A DNA stretch of 64,000 nucleotides from Patescibacteria group bacterium UBA3466 (lineage in GTDB: Bacteria; Patescibacteriota; Minisyncoccia; Phycocordibacterales; UBA918): positions 129,054 to 193,053 of the forward strand of contig DFRJ01000002.1 of NCBI GenBank assembly GCA_002378195.1, written 5' to 3'. Shown one piece after another: positions 45,439-54,726 of this stretch. The notes beneath the pieces were generated by a model. The model ran no database searches, had not been told where the DNA came from, and worked only from the letters and a program-made list of their open reading frames with translations. The translations under genes and the position numbers were made by a program. Numbering within the stretch: position 1 is the stretch's first letter; the number at the start of each line of letters is the position of its first letter.

Positions 45439-47292
45439 TTAGTTTGTAGTTCGCATGGTTTCCTTAATGTCAAAGCGAGGGTTTACTTTCTTACCAGGGT
45501 TGAAAATGTCGTTGGGATCAAAGAGGTTTTCAGTCCTCTCAAACAGACCGAGCATTTTCTTAGAAAACATTTTGTTTAGGTGGGGAGTGCGGATGATGCC
45601 GTCGTTGTGTTCGCCACAGATATTGCCCTCAAACTTAACGGCAGTACTGAAGAATTTTTCAGACATTTTTTCTACCAGCTTTGGTGTGGTCTTATTGGTG
45701 AAGTCCAAAAGGGGATAGAAGTGGAAGTGACCATTTCCACCGTGGCCATGGACAGCGGCAGTGATATTGAATTCCTTGAGGAGCTTCTTAATCTGGATGA
45801 AGAACTTGGAGAGGTTCTCAGGTGGAACTGTCATGTCTTCAAGGAAGGCCGCTGGTCGCTTGGAGGTGTCCTGGAACTTAGAAAGGGTGTAGCTAGCTCG
45901 TCTGATTTGCCAATACATTTCAGATTCAATAGGGTTGGTTACCACTCGGGGCTTAACTGACCCTTTGCCAATTTTTTTGGCAATCTCGGCGGCTGGGGTT
46001 TTGTCAGTAGTCGCTTCATCAAGAGTGACCAAAACAGTAAATTCGGGCACCTTGCGACGGAAGCGGACGTGGTAGGTGGAGTACATTGAAAACATCACCT
46101 TGTAGTAGTCTGACTTACTTAGTCGATCCTTAAAGAAACCAGGGTTTTGCAAGGCCAAGTTGAAGGTGAGAGAGTCAAAAACTTCGACATTGATAGGATT
46201 AAATTTAAGGGTTTTCACAATGCAGTCAGCTGCATCTTCTAGGTCGAAGATCGGTAGTGCAATGAGAGTGGTGTTCTCCGGAATAGGAAGAGCTCGTAGG
46301 GTCATGTTGGTGATAATACCAATGGTGCCCTGACTGCCAGAGATAAGTCGAGTGAGATCGAAAGTGCCTTCACCTTTTTTGAATTTATTAACTCCTTGTG
46401 GCATTACGCTCCAAAGCGGGTAGCCCGCGCTGTTCTTTTTGGTGTGCGGCGCATTTTTCTTGATCTCTTTCTCGTTTTTGTTGATCAGGTCAAAAATTTC
46501 CTTAGCTACTCGGGCGTGTTCATGGTCTTGCTTGATGAGCAGTTTGTACTCGCGGTAGGTAATTGGCTTGATGGTGTAGGTGTGTCCGTCGTGTAGGGTA
46601 ACGTCTAGGGATTCAACCCAGTCAGCACAGTGGCCGTGGCGAAGAGAGTCAGGTCCAGCTGCGTTGTTAGCGATGGATCCGCCGACACTACAAATATCCT
46701 TTGAAGCAGGGTAAGGAGGTAGGTAAACGTTGCTAGCTTTTAGTTTCTTTTCAACATCCTTCCACATCGCGCCAGGTTCACAGGTAAAGGTGGTCTTATC
46801 CTTTTTTGTGATTACGTCACCAATCTTATTGAGGTGAGCGCAAACGTCGATGACGATTGAGTCCGTTAGGGAGCCGCCGCCAAGACCAGTTCCGGCTGCT
46901 CTAGGGGTAAGTGAAAGTGAAGGGAAGCGCTTGGTCTCCTCAGCGATAACCTTAGTGGCAATTTCAACGTCGCCACGGTTCTTTGGTTGGATCACTACTT
47001 GTGGTCGGATTGAAAAAATACTTTCATCGGTACTGTAGGCATCGAGGAGAGCTTTCTTGCTAGAGATACCGCCTCGAAAACCAGCTTCACGCAGCATTTT
47101 TTCAACTAGTAGGTGAGCTAGTGGGTTGCGCTTAATGGCGGCTGTCTTCTCAATTTTCTTGGCGGTTTGGCGGATGCTGGCTGTAGTGGTTTTAGGAGTG
47201 CTCTTTTTTCGAGCAGTCTTTTTAGCCGGCGCTTTTTTCTTGGTAGCGCGTTTGGTTGACGACTTCTTTACCGCCGTAGAAGAACGTGACAT
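45439..47292 (-). CDS. FAD-linked oxidase (GlcD / D-lactate dehydrogenase family) with Lys/Ala/Thr-rich N-terminal tail
   Basis: FAD-binding PCMH domain and C-terminal FAD-oxidase domain; first ~60 aa MSRSSTAVKKSSTKRATKKKAPAKKTARKKSTPKTTT... are histone-H1-like low complexity. Confidence 0.8.
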   Translation of the reverse strand: MSRSSTAVKKSSTKRATKKKAPAKKTARKKSTPKTTTASIRQTAKKIEKTAAIKRNPLAHLLVEKMLREAGFRGGISSKKALLDAYSTDESIFSIRPQVVIQPKNRGDVEIATKVIAEETKRFPSLSLTPRAAGTGLGGGSLTDSIVIDVCAHLNKIGDVITKKDKTTFTCEPGAMWKDVEKKLKASNVYLPPYPASKDICSVGGSIANNAAGPDSLRHGHCADWVESLDVTLHDGHTYTIKPITYREYKLLIKQDHEHARVAKEIFDLINKNEKEIKKNAPHTKKNSAGYPLWSVMPQGVNKFKKGEGTFDLTRLISGSQGTIGIITNMTLRALPIPENTTLIALPIFDLEDAADCIVKTLKFNPINVEVFDSLTFNLALQNPGFFKDRLSKSDYYKVMFSMYSTYHVRFRRKVPEFTVLVTLDEATTDKTPAAEIAKKIGKGSVKPRVVTNPIESEMYWQIRRASYTLSKFQDTSKRPAAFLEDMTVPPENLSKFFIQIKKLLKEFNITAAVHGHGGNGHFHFYPLLDFTNKTTPKLVEKMSEKFFSTAVKFEGNICGEHNDGIIRTPHLNKMFSKKMLGLFERTENLFDPNDIFNPGKKVNPRFDIKETMRTTN

Positions 47293-49061
47293 TACATTTA
47301 GTATACACTTTTAGTTTTGAAGGAAGAGTGGTTTTTCACAGTTTAGGTGGGCGTGGTATTCTTACGGCTATGACTCAAGACCGTGCCTTAGATATTTTGA
47401 AGACCGGAGCTAATGTGTTTCTCACTGGTGAACCGGGGGCGGGTAAAACATATGTAATCAACCAGTATGTAGCTTGGCTCGAAGCGGCTGGATTGAATGT
47501 GGCAGTGACCGCTTCGACGGGGATTGCTGCTACGCACATTGGTGGTATGACCATTCATTCGTGGAGTGGCGTGGGTATCAAGGACACGCTTTCGCCGCAA
47601 GACCTTGATGTGATTGTCTCTAGAGAAAAAATCGTCAAACGCGCTAAGCGAGCACAGGTTTTGATTATCGATGAGATTTCGATGCTTGATGGCAAGGTAC
47701 TCAATATGGTCGACAAGATTTTGAAGACTATCCGTCAAAGTGAAGAAGCTTTTGGTGGTATTCAGGTGGTTTGTATCGGAGATTTTTTTCAGCTACCACC
47801 AGTGACACGTCAGGGCGATGTGATGCAGTATGCTTTTATGTCGGAAGCGTGGCTAGCTCTAAAGCCACTTATTTGCTACTTGAGTGAACAGCATCGACAG
47901 GAAGATGAGTTGTTTCTGAGTTTGCTGGGCTCGATTCGCACTGGAGAGATCGAGGAAGATCACTACACCTTGCTGCAAGAACAGGTGGATATTGGCTATG
48001 AAGATATCGAACCAACGCGTTTGTATACCCACAATGCCGATGTAGATGCGGTGAACAGTCAGAAGCTGTCTGAATTGCCAAGTCCAGCACACAAATATCA
48101 AATGGAGGGGAAGGGCGGTAAACACCTCATTGAAGGATTGGTAAAAAACTGTCTGTCGCCAGAGATGTTGGTCTTGAAGGAAGATGCGATGGTGATGTTT
48201 ACCAAAAATAATTTTGAGGCTGGGTATGTAAACGGGACGCTTGGTCGGGTGGTGCGCTTTAAGGACGGATATCCGGTTGTCGAAACTACCGAAGGCAAAG
48301 AAATCGATGTGACAACCACTACCTGGGAGGTGGCTGAAGACGGAAAGATCTTAGCGTCGATCGAACAACTGCCAATTCGTCTGGCGTGGGCGATTACCGT
48401 CCATAAGAGTCAAGGAATGTCACTCGATGCAGCAGAAATTGATCTTTCAAAAGCGTTTGTTTACGGGCAGGGCTACGTGGCGCTGTCTCGGGTCCGTTCC
48501 CTTGAAGGACTTAAGGTCTTGGGTATGCATCCAAATGCTTTGCAGGTTGATCCTTTGGTGATACGGGCTGATCAGCGGTTTCGCGAACTGACCGAAGAAG
48601 CTGATGATGCTTTTTCGGCTATGGAGGATGACGAGGTGGAGGAAATGCACGAACGGTTTGTGGTGGCTCATGGTGGCAAGGTACCAACGGGAGAGATAGT
48701 GCCAGCCTCAAATATTGAACGCCTGAAGAAGACTAGTACTTATGAAGAGACCAAGCGACTCTTACTGGAGGGTAGGTCGACAGAGCAGATTGCGAAAGAG
48801 CGAGGGATTGCGCCAAGTACGGTTTGGACACACTTTGAAAAATTGGCAGAGGACGGTGCGTTTGATGCGGCCGATATTAAGAAGCTTGAGCCAACCGATT
48901 GGTCTGATATCAAACCTGAGCTATTTAGAGCACTCGATAAGTACGGTGCTGAAAAGCTGAAGCCTATTTATGACGAATGTGACGAAAAGTATGATTATGA
49001 TCTGGTCCGCTTGGCTCGGATGCAGTACCGCTTAGAAGGGAAGGAAGAAGTGGTGTTTTAA
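47286..49061 (+). CDS. SF1B PIF1/RecD-family helicase with C-terminal HTH region (probable start ATG ~47370, MTQDRALD...)
   Basis: Walker A GEPGAGKT; Walker B DEISM; helicase motifs through VHKSQG; C-terminal helical domain. Confidence 0.8.
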   Translation: MTLHLVYTFSFEGRVVFHSLGGRGILTAMTQDRALDILKTGANVFLTGEPGAGKTYVINQYVAWLEAAGLNVAVTASTGIAATHIGGMTIHSWSGVGIKDTLSPQDLDVIVSREKIVKRAKRAQVLIIDEISMLDGKVLNMVDKILKTIRQSEEAFGGIQVVCIGDFFQLPPVTRQGDVMQYAFMSEAWLALKPLICYLSEQHRQEDELFLSLLGSIRTGEIEEDHYTLLQEQVDIGYEDIEPTRLYTHNADVDAVNSQKLSELPSPAHKYQMEGKGGKHLIEGLVKNCLSPEMLVLKEDAMVMFTKNNFEAGYVNGTLGRVVRFKDGYPVVETTEGKEIDVTTTTWEVAEDGKILASIEQLPIRLAWAITVHKSQGMSLDAAEIDLSKAFVYGQGYVALSRVRSLEGLKVLGMHPNALQVDPLVIRADQRFRELTEEADDAFSAMEDDEVEEMHERFVVAHGGKVPTGEIVPASNIERLKKTSTYEETKRLLLEGRSTEQIAKERGIAPSTVWTHFEKLAEDGAFDAADIKKLEPTDWSDIKPELFRALDKYGAEKLKPIYDECDEKYDYDLVRLARMQYRLEGKEEVVF

Positions 49062-49067
49062 TGATTC

Positions 49068-49499
49068 ATGTACTGGATTAGACGAAGGCGCCGGAAGTGG
49101 GCGAGTAGTGTCACGAAGCACTACCAAGAGCATAAGGAAGAGGCGCGCTCCCGCGTGCTCGCGCGCCTCGAGCACTTCAATCAACATTATCAGCTTGAGT
49201 GGAATCGAGTGGCGATTCGCAACCAACGTCGGTGTTGGGGAAGTTGTTCCTCTCTAAAAAATCTAAATTTTAATTACAAAATTATCTTGCTGCCACCACA
49301 CCTGGCAGACTACATTATCGTGCATGAGATGTGTCATTTGGTGCATTTACACCACCGTCAGGAGTTTTGGGACTTGGTAGCGGAGCAGGTGCCAGATTAT
49401 AAAAGGCGCGTAGCGGAGCTACGCGCCATCGATAAGCTGGGTGGCTCGGTTTCAGCGCTCACAAAAGTTCAAGAGCAATACTTGGCTGAGCTAAATTAA
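49068..49499 (+). CDS. YgjP/DUF45 (M48/WLM-like) metal-dependent hydrolase
   Basis: HEMCH zinc motif (IIVHEMCHLVHLHH). Confidence 0.7.
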   Translation: MYWIRRRRRKWASSVTKHYQEHKEEARSRVLARLEHFNQHYQLEWNRVAIRNQRRCWGSCSSLKNLNFNYKIILLPPHLADYIIVHEMCHLVHLHHRQEFWDLVAEQVPDYKRRVAELRAIDKLGGSVSALTKVQEQYLAELN

Positions 49500-49646
49500 G
49501 TTTGGTCTATGGGGCCGGATTGCTTGCAATCCGGCCCTTTTTGCATTCTTCACTCTGCCAAGTGGGGAATGAAGTGAAATATTTTTCCAGCGAAGCAGTA
49601 TTATTAAATGTAAAGTCAATTTAACATTTAGTTTTTAATTATTTTT

Positions 49647-50966
49647 ATGGATTTCTTTAGTAGTTTATTTTTATCAATCGCCAGCTTTTTCGGAATGAGC
49701 ACTGAGCCCGAACCAATCGTGGTTGAGCCCGCAGCTGTCGAAGAAGTGGCAGAAATGCCAGGTGAGATGGTGGATGGCATGGATACAGAAGAAGTTGCTG
49801 AAGAAACAGTAGCTGAACCCTCGGAATCGGTAGTGGTGATTGATTCTGAACCCGAACCGGAGCCAGAGTTAGAAGAGGAGGTCGAAGTGTCGATGGTCGG
49901 ATCGGCACCGGTAAGTACTGAAGTGGCCCTCGAGCCAGACATTAGGACCATGATCGTGGCTGGCGGCTGCTTCTGGTGTGTCGAGGCTGACCTAGAAAAG
50001 ACTAATGGAGTAATTGAAGCTGTCTCCGGGTACTCAGGTGGCACTACCGACAATCCTACCTACAAAAACTACGGTAGTGGCGGACACCGCGAGGTGGTGG
50101 AGGTTACCTACGACGCCAATCAGATCTCATTTGAAGAAGTGTTGATTGTGACCATGAAGACTACCGACCCAACAGATGATGACGGCACTTTTGCCGATCG
50201 TGGAGATAAGTACTCAGCGGCCTTTTACTACGAGACTGATGAACAAAAAGAAATTATTGAAAACTTGATTGCAGAAGTGGATGAGTTTGGTCCCTACGAC
50301 GCGCCATTGGCGATCGATGTGGAGCCACGTGCTACTTTCTGGAAAGCAGAAGATAACCACCAAGACTACTACAAAGGCGCCTTCACTCAGTTAAAATATC
50401 AGTATTATCGTAATGCCTCAGGCCGTACCGACTTTATTGAAAAATATTGGGGAGTAAATGATCATAGTCCTGAACTACCATGGAGAACAGAGCAGACTAA
50501 TAACAATAATCAAACTTATATGTGGAGTAATTATGTAAAGCCGAGTAAAGATGAATTGGAGAATGTTTTAGACCCGCTAGCGTTCAAGGTGACGCAGGAG
50601 GATGGTACAGAGCGAGCTGGTACCAGTCCGCTAGACAAGAACTGGGAAGATGGAATCTACGTAGATATCCTCTCTGGTGAGCCACTTTATTCATCAAAAG
50701 ATAAATTTGACTCAGGTACCGGTTGGCCGTCATTTGTGAAGCCGATCACTCCCGAGGCTATTACTTACCATGAAGACCGTAAGCTATTTAGTGTGCGCAC
50801 GGAGACACGTTCGGCAATCGCCGACAATCACCTCGGACATGTGTTCAGTGACGGTCCGGCCGATAGAGGAGGGAAGCGGTACTGCATGAATGGTGCGGCG
50901 CTAGAGTTTGTCCCGAAGGCTGAGATGGAGGAGCGAGGGTATGGAGAGTTCTTACAATTTATCTAA
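49647..50966 (+). CDS. msrAB: Bifunctional peptide methionine sulfoxide reductase MsrA-MsrB fusion with acidic N-terminal linker
   Basis: MsrA active site GGCFWCVEA; MsrB RYCMNGAAL and Cys pairs; N-terminal hydrophobic anchor plus Glu/Pro-rich linker. Confidence 0.85.
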   Translation: MDFFSSLFLSIASFFGMSTEPEPIVVEPAAVEEVAEMPGEMVDGMDTEEVAEETVAEPSESVVVIDSEPEPEPELEEEVEVSMVGSAPVSTEVALEPDIRTMIVAGGCFWCVEADLEKTNGVIEAVSGYSGGTTDNPTYKNYGSGGHREVVEVTYDANQISFEEVLIVTMKTTDPTDDDGTFADRGDKYSAAFYYETDEQKEIIENLIAEVDEFGPYDAPLAIDVEPRATFWKAEDNHQDYYKGAFTQLKYQYYRNASGRTDFIEKYWGVNDHSPELPWRTEQTNNNNQTYMWSNYVKPSKDELENVLDPLAFKVTQEDGTERAGTSPLDKNWEDGIYVDILSGEPLYSSKDKFDSGTGWPSFVKPITPEAITYHEDRKLFSVRTETRSAIADNHLGHVFSDGPADRGGKRYCMNGAALEFVPKAEMEERGYGEFLQFI

Positions 50967-50995
50967 AAACCTAGTCTCGTGTTAGCATAGTAGCC

Positions 50996-52225
50996 ATGAT
51001 TAAAAAAATATTTAGATTTCTATCACTGATAGTTCTGTTGATGCCGTTAGCTTTGCCACTTACCTCTACAGCTGAAGAGGTGGTAAATAGCGATCCTACT
51101 GTTTTTATGTTTGGTCGGGACGATTGTGGTTTTTGTAAGGCGCAGTCTGCTTGGCTGAATGAGGAGGGGATTGACTACGAATATCTAAATATTATCGAAG
51201 ATCGGCAGGCTCGAGATTGGTACAATCAAGTGGCTGAGAAACATGAGGTGTCAAAGGTAACCCCGATTACAGTCATCGGTGAACGAGTGGTGGTCGGTTT
51301 TAATGGTCCGGAAACCACGGGTGCTAGTATCAAACAAGCGATCGAGCTGGCTAAGCAAACCGAAGTGAATACCATTGAGGCTCATATTCAAGAAGCACCA
51401 CAGCAGGCGGTGATTCTAGGTGGCGGTTGTTCTGATATGGGTTGTTCAATGGGTACAGATAGTGCCTATGTTTTTGATTTGCCTTTGTTGGGCATGATTG
51501 ACCTGCGATCTTTCTCACTATTTTCACTGTCGGCGGTGTTGGGAGTGATTGATGGTTTTAATCCGTGTGCTATGTGGGTCTTGATCACTTTCTTGACGCT
51601 GCTCTCGCAAGCCGGCAGTCGGAAGCGCATGATCATGCTGGCGGGAATCTTTATTCTGGCGCAAGGTATTATGTACAACCTGATTCTCAATGTTTGGTAC
51701 AAAACTTGGGATTTTGTAGCACTCGATCAGTACGTAACACCAGTAGTAGGTTTCTTGGCTTTGGGTGGAGGTATTTTCTTTTTGTGGCGGTGGAATAAAA
51801 ACAGAGCCGAAGCTAATCAGTTGGTGTGCGATATCACCGATATCGAAACTCAGTCTAAGACTATTAGTAAGTTTCAGGAAATTGTCTCGAAGCCAGTGAC
51901 TATCGCTTCGATTCTTGGAATCTTAGTAATTGCGTTCTCAGTGAATGTAATTGAGTTTGCGTGTTCAATTGGTATTCCTCAGGCATACACTAAGATTCTT
52001 GAACTTAATATGCTGACCTTCCTCGAAAGACAGTGGTACATCTTGGTATTCTCCATCGGTTATATGATTGATGACGTGATTGTGTTTGGGTTGGCAATTT
52101 GGGGTTATGGCAAGTTGCAGGCGCATGGTGGAAAGTATGCGCAAATGTCGCTCTTGATTGGTGGAGTGTTGATGCTGGTGCTCGGCGCCGTCTTGGTGCT
52201 CAACCCTTCTTTACTAGTGTTGTAG
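50996..52225 (+). CDS. Membrane protein: N-terminal glutaredoxin/thioredoxin-like domain (CGFC) plus polytopic CcdA/DsbD-like domain
   Basis: Signal sequence; GRDDCGFCKAQ active site; TM domain with FNPCAMW motif; sits directly after msrAB. Confidence 0.5.
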   Translation: MIKKIFRFLSLIVLLMPLALPLTSTAEEVVNSDPTVFMFGRDDCGFCKAQSAWLNEEGIDYEYLNIIEDRQARDWYNQVAEKHEVSKVTPITVIGERVVVGFNGPETTGASIKQAIELAKQTEVNTIEAHIQEAPQQAVILGGGCSDMGCSMGTDSAYVFDLPLLGMIDLRSFSLFSLSAVLGVIDGFNPCAMWVLITFLTLLSQAGSRKRMIMLAGIFILAQGIMYNLILNVWYKTWDFVALDQYVTPVVGFLALGGGIFFLWRWNKNRAEANQLVCDITDIETQSKTISKFQEIVSKPVTIASILGILVIAFSVNVIEFACSIGIPQAYTKILELNMLTFLERQWYILVFSIGYMIDDVIVFGLAIWGYGKLQAHGGKYAQMSLLIGGVLMLVLGAVLVLNPSLLVL

Positions 52226-52244
52226 TAGGGTATACTCTAGAAAT

Positions 52245-53195
52245 ATGGAAATAATGCAGTTACTACAATGGTCAGGTATTCTGATCTTCTCTTTATACGT
52301 ATTAGTTCGCGGGGCAGATTTATTTGTTGAGGGAGCTAAGCAGATTGGTGCTTCATTGGGTATGAGTGCGTTTGCAATTGGTGTATTGATAGTTGGGCTT
52401 GGCACCTCCTTGCCAGAGCTGGCCTCATCTTTAGCAGCGGTATTTGCTGATTCAACCGAGATTGTTATTGCGAATGCGGTCGGTTCTAATATCACTAATA
52501 TACTCTTGATTGTGGGGGTGTTGGCGATGCTGGGTGGGCCAGTGATGATTAATAAAAATTTGCTTAAGAGCGAATTGCCAATTTTCTTTATCGCCACTGT
52601 TCACTTTGTGGCTAGTGTGTTTGATGGAGTGATCGATCGGATTGAAGCTGTCTTGCTGTTCGGTACTTTGTGCGCATATATTTGGTATCTGTTTTCTTCA
52701 GGTAATAAAGCCAAGGAAGAGATGGAGGTGAAGCCGCGTCGGAAGAAACTCAAAGTGAAGGATGTGGTTTTTGTGGTGCTGGGGATTGCTGCAGTATTGG
52801 TAGGAGCTCACTATACAGTGCAGATGGCGGTGAATATTGCTACAGGCTTGTCAGTACCAATTGGTTTGGTGTCGATTGGGGCAATTGCGATTGGTACATC
52901 ATTGCCAGAGTTATTCGTATCGCTGCAGGCTATCAAGACTAAAGAGATCGATCTGGCAATCGGAAATATCTTTGGTTCAAATGCTTTTAATATTTTGATG
53001 GTGGTCGGTATTCCCGGCATTATTATGCCGCTACATGCAGGTGAGGTGGTAATGCAGCTAGGTCTTTGGGTCTTGGTGGCAGCCTCATTAATTTTGTTTG
53101 TTAACGGATTAGCACGACAGGTGCAAAAGTGGGAAGGAATCGCGATGATTCTTTTCTTTTGTTTCTTTCTCGTAAAGCTCGTTGATTTTGTGTAA
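52245..53195 (+). CDS. CaCA-family Na+/Ca2+ (cation) exchanger
   Basis: Two alpha-repeats with GTSLPE(L) motifs (GLGTSLPELASS; AIGTSLPELFVS). Confidence 0.8.
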   Translation: MEIMQLLQWSGILIFSLYVLVRGADLFVEGAKQIGASLGMSAFAIGVLIVGLGTSLPELASSLAAVFADSTEIVIANAVGSNITNILLIVGVLAMLGGPVMINKNLLKSELPIFFIATVHFVASVFDGVIDRIEAVLLFGTLCAYIWYLFSSGNKAKEEMEVKPRRKKLKVKDVVFVVLGIAAVLVGAHYTVQMAVNIATGLSVPIGLVSIGAIAIGTSLPELFVSLQAIKTKEIDLAIGNIFGSNAFNILMVVGIPGIIMPLHAGEVVMQLGLWVLVAASLILFVNGLARQVQKWEGIAMILFFCFFLVKLVDFV

Positions 53196-53239
53196 GTAAG
53201 TGACTCGTATTATTCACACGCTCCGACGTACATGTTACT

Positions 53240-53974
53240 TTGATTGGCGTTTGGCACCACCTACTTATTTATATGGATCAAGTTGAAATATTATTGATAG
53301 ATAAACCGCACGGGATCACGTCATTTGATGTGATTCGTCGTTTGCGCCGCCGCTATAGTGACTCACATGGAGGTCAAAAAGCTCCCAAGCTGGGACATTC
53401 CGGCACATTAGATCCTTTGGCGACTGGTCTGATGGTGCTTGGTGTCGGGAAGGGTACTAAGAAGCTTGCTGAGCTTATAAAGCTTGATAAGGAGTATGTC
53501 GCAGAAGTATTGATAGGAGAAAGTCGCACTACGGGCGATATGGAAGGGGAGGTAGTGGAAGAAAAACGGGTGGAGGAGACGGAGGAAATTTTGCGTAGCA
53601 AAATTTCCTCCGCCCTCACCGAGTTGGTCGGAGAGATCGAACTGCCAGTCTCTGCCTATAGTGCAATCAAGGTAGATGGGGTGCCGATGTATAAAAGAGC
53701 CCGCAAGGCTGAGAAGAGTGGCGAAGTGGTGGATGAGGTGCCGATGCGAGTAATGAAGGTGTACGAGGCAGAGCTGCTTAGCTTGGAAGTAGGCGGCGAC
53801 CGAGCGGTAGCGACAATTAGGTTTTCGGTAGCCAGCGGAACCTACATTAGATCACTAGGCGAAGAGCTTGGTCGCCGCCTTGGCTACCCGGCCTGCCTTA
53901 AGAACCTGCGTCGCACTAAGGTGGGAGAGTTTGATATTAAAGATGCAAAGCAGATAGAAGAGGTGTTTAAATAA
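53240..53974 (+). CDS. truB: tRNA pseudouridine55 synthase (probable start ~53273, MDQVEILLIDKP...)
   Basis: GxxHSGTLDPxAxG-type catalytic motif (GHSGTLDPLATG) with catalytic Asp. Confidence 0.85.
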   Translation: MIGVWHHLLIYMDQVEILLIDKPHGITSFDVIRRLRRRYSDSHGGQKAPKLGHSGTLDPLATGLMVLGVGKGTKKLAELIKLDKEYVAEVLIGESRTTGDMEGEVVEEKRVEETEEILRSKISSALTELVGEIELPVSAYSAIKVDGVPMYKRARKAEKSGEVVDEVPMRVMKVYEAELLSLEVGGDRAVATIRFSVASGTYIRSLGEELGRRLGYPACLKNLRRTKVGEFDIKDAKQIEEVFK

Positions 53975-54010
53975 AAAACCGCCCAAGCTTACGCTGGGCG
54001 GTCGGAGACC
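53975..54010 (+). terminator. Rho-independent terminator after truB
   Basis: AAAAAACCGCCCAGC-ttac-GCTGGGCGG hairpin. Confidence 0.55.
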
Positions 54011-54023
54011 AGAAGGTTCGAGC

Positions 54024-54236
54024 TCAGTGAACGCGGGCTGCGTTACACTTTGCACCGTGGCGAGACAGGAAGTCTGCTACCTTGCGATCTGTGTGCTCGT
54101 CGTCACACTCTACATGAACGGTGTTTCCGCCTTGCATTGTGATGTCGAGCTTACTGTCGAAGATGGCTTGAAGACATTCGGCATCTGCGACAGTGGTAAT
54201 TTCTGCTTGTCCTGCGGGCGAGGTCCAAGTGCTCAT
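54024..54236 (-). CDS. Small hypothetical protein (70 aa)
   Basis: GGGAG RBS; shares a ~35-bp conserved promoter/5'UTR with the neighbouring small gene. Confidence 0.35.
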   Translation of the reverse strand: MSTWTSPAGQAEITTVADAECLQAIFDSKLDITMQGGNTVHVECDDEHTDRKVADFLSRHGAKCNAARVH

Positions 54237-54305
54237 TTATTTTCTCCCAATGATCATGCACGAAATTGTGCACTTATATTAAAACACATTTCAGGAAAAA
54301 GTAAA

Positions 54306-54331
54306 GAAATATGGGGTGCTGCAGCAGTGCA
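54306..54331. terminator. Bidirectional hairpin terminator
   Basis: GGGGTGCTGCA-gcag-TGCAGCACCCC (11-bp stem). Confidence 0.5.
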
Positions 54332-54345
54332 GCACCCCATTTTGC

Positions 54346-54636
54346 TTAGTGGCAGGTAGACTTCATTCGTTGGTTCACATTCCAAGGATCGCGCATGCGA
54401 CTGAAGATTCTAGCCTGCGGATTCTCTTCTGAAAGGTAATCCATGTATTCGGATATCTGCTGAGTCGTCTTCTCGTCGTAGGCGTGAAGTTGGCCCCAAC
54501 GATCGGCACCCACCTGTTCTGGTTCGGATATCGAAACGTTACTTTCGAATCGGCGGATGAATGCTTCAACATCATCTGCTCCACAGGGGAATAGTTCGTC
54601 GAACTTAAAACCCCAAACCCTTACCTTATTGTCCAT
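54346..54636 (-). CDS. Small hypothetical protein (96 aa)
   Basis: AAGGAG RBS; paralogous upstream region shared with the 54024-54236 gene. Confidence 0.4.
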   Translation of the reverse strand: MDNKVRVWGFKFDELFPCGADDVEAFIRRFESNVSISEPEQVGADRWGQLHAYDEKTTQQISEYMDYLSEENPQARIFSRMRDPWNVNQRMKSTCH

Positions 54637-54694
54637 TTACTTCTCCTTAAGAAGGACCAAATCACCAATAATATTAAAACACAATTTAGTAAAA

Positions 54695-54726
54695 AGTAAA
54701 GAAAAAGACCGCCTCCTTGCGGTCGT
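54695..54726 (-). terminator. Rho-independent terminator for the minus-strand gene 54727-55473
   Basis: Minus strand reads GACCGCAAGGAGGCGGTC followed by TTTTTCTTTACTTTTT. Confidence 0.55.

Noticed and set aside
47286-47369. First 28 codons of the helicase ORF
   Set aside because: They overlap the divergent oxidase start, and the Walker A motif lies close to the internal Met at 47370. The internal start was preferred.
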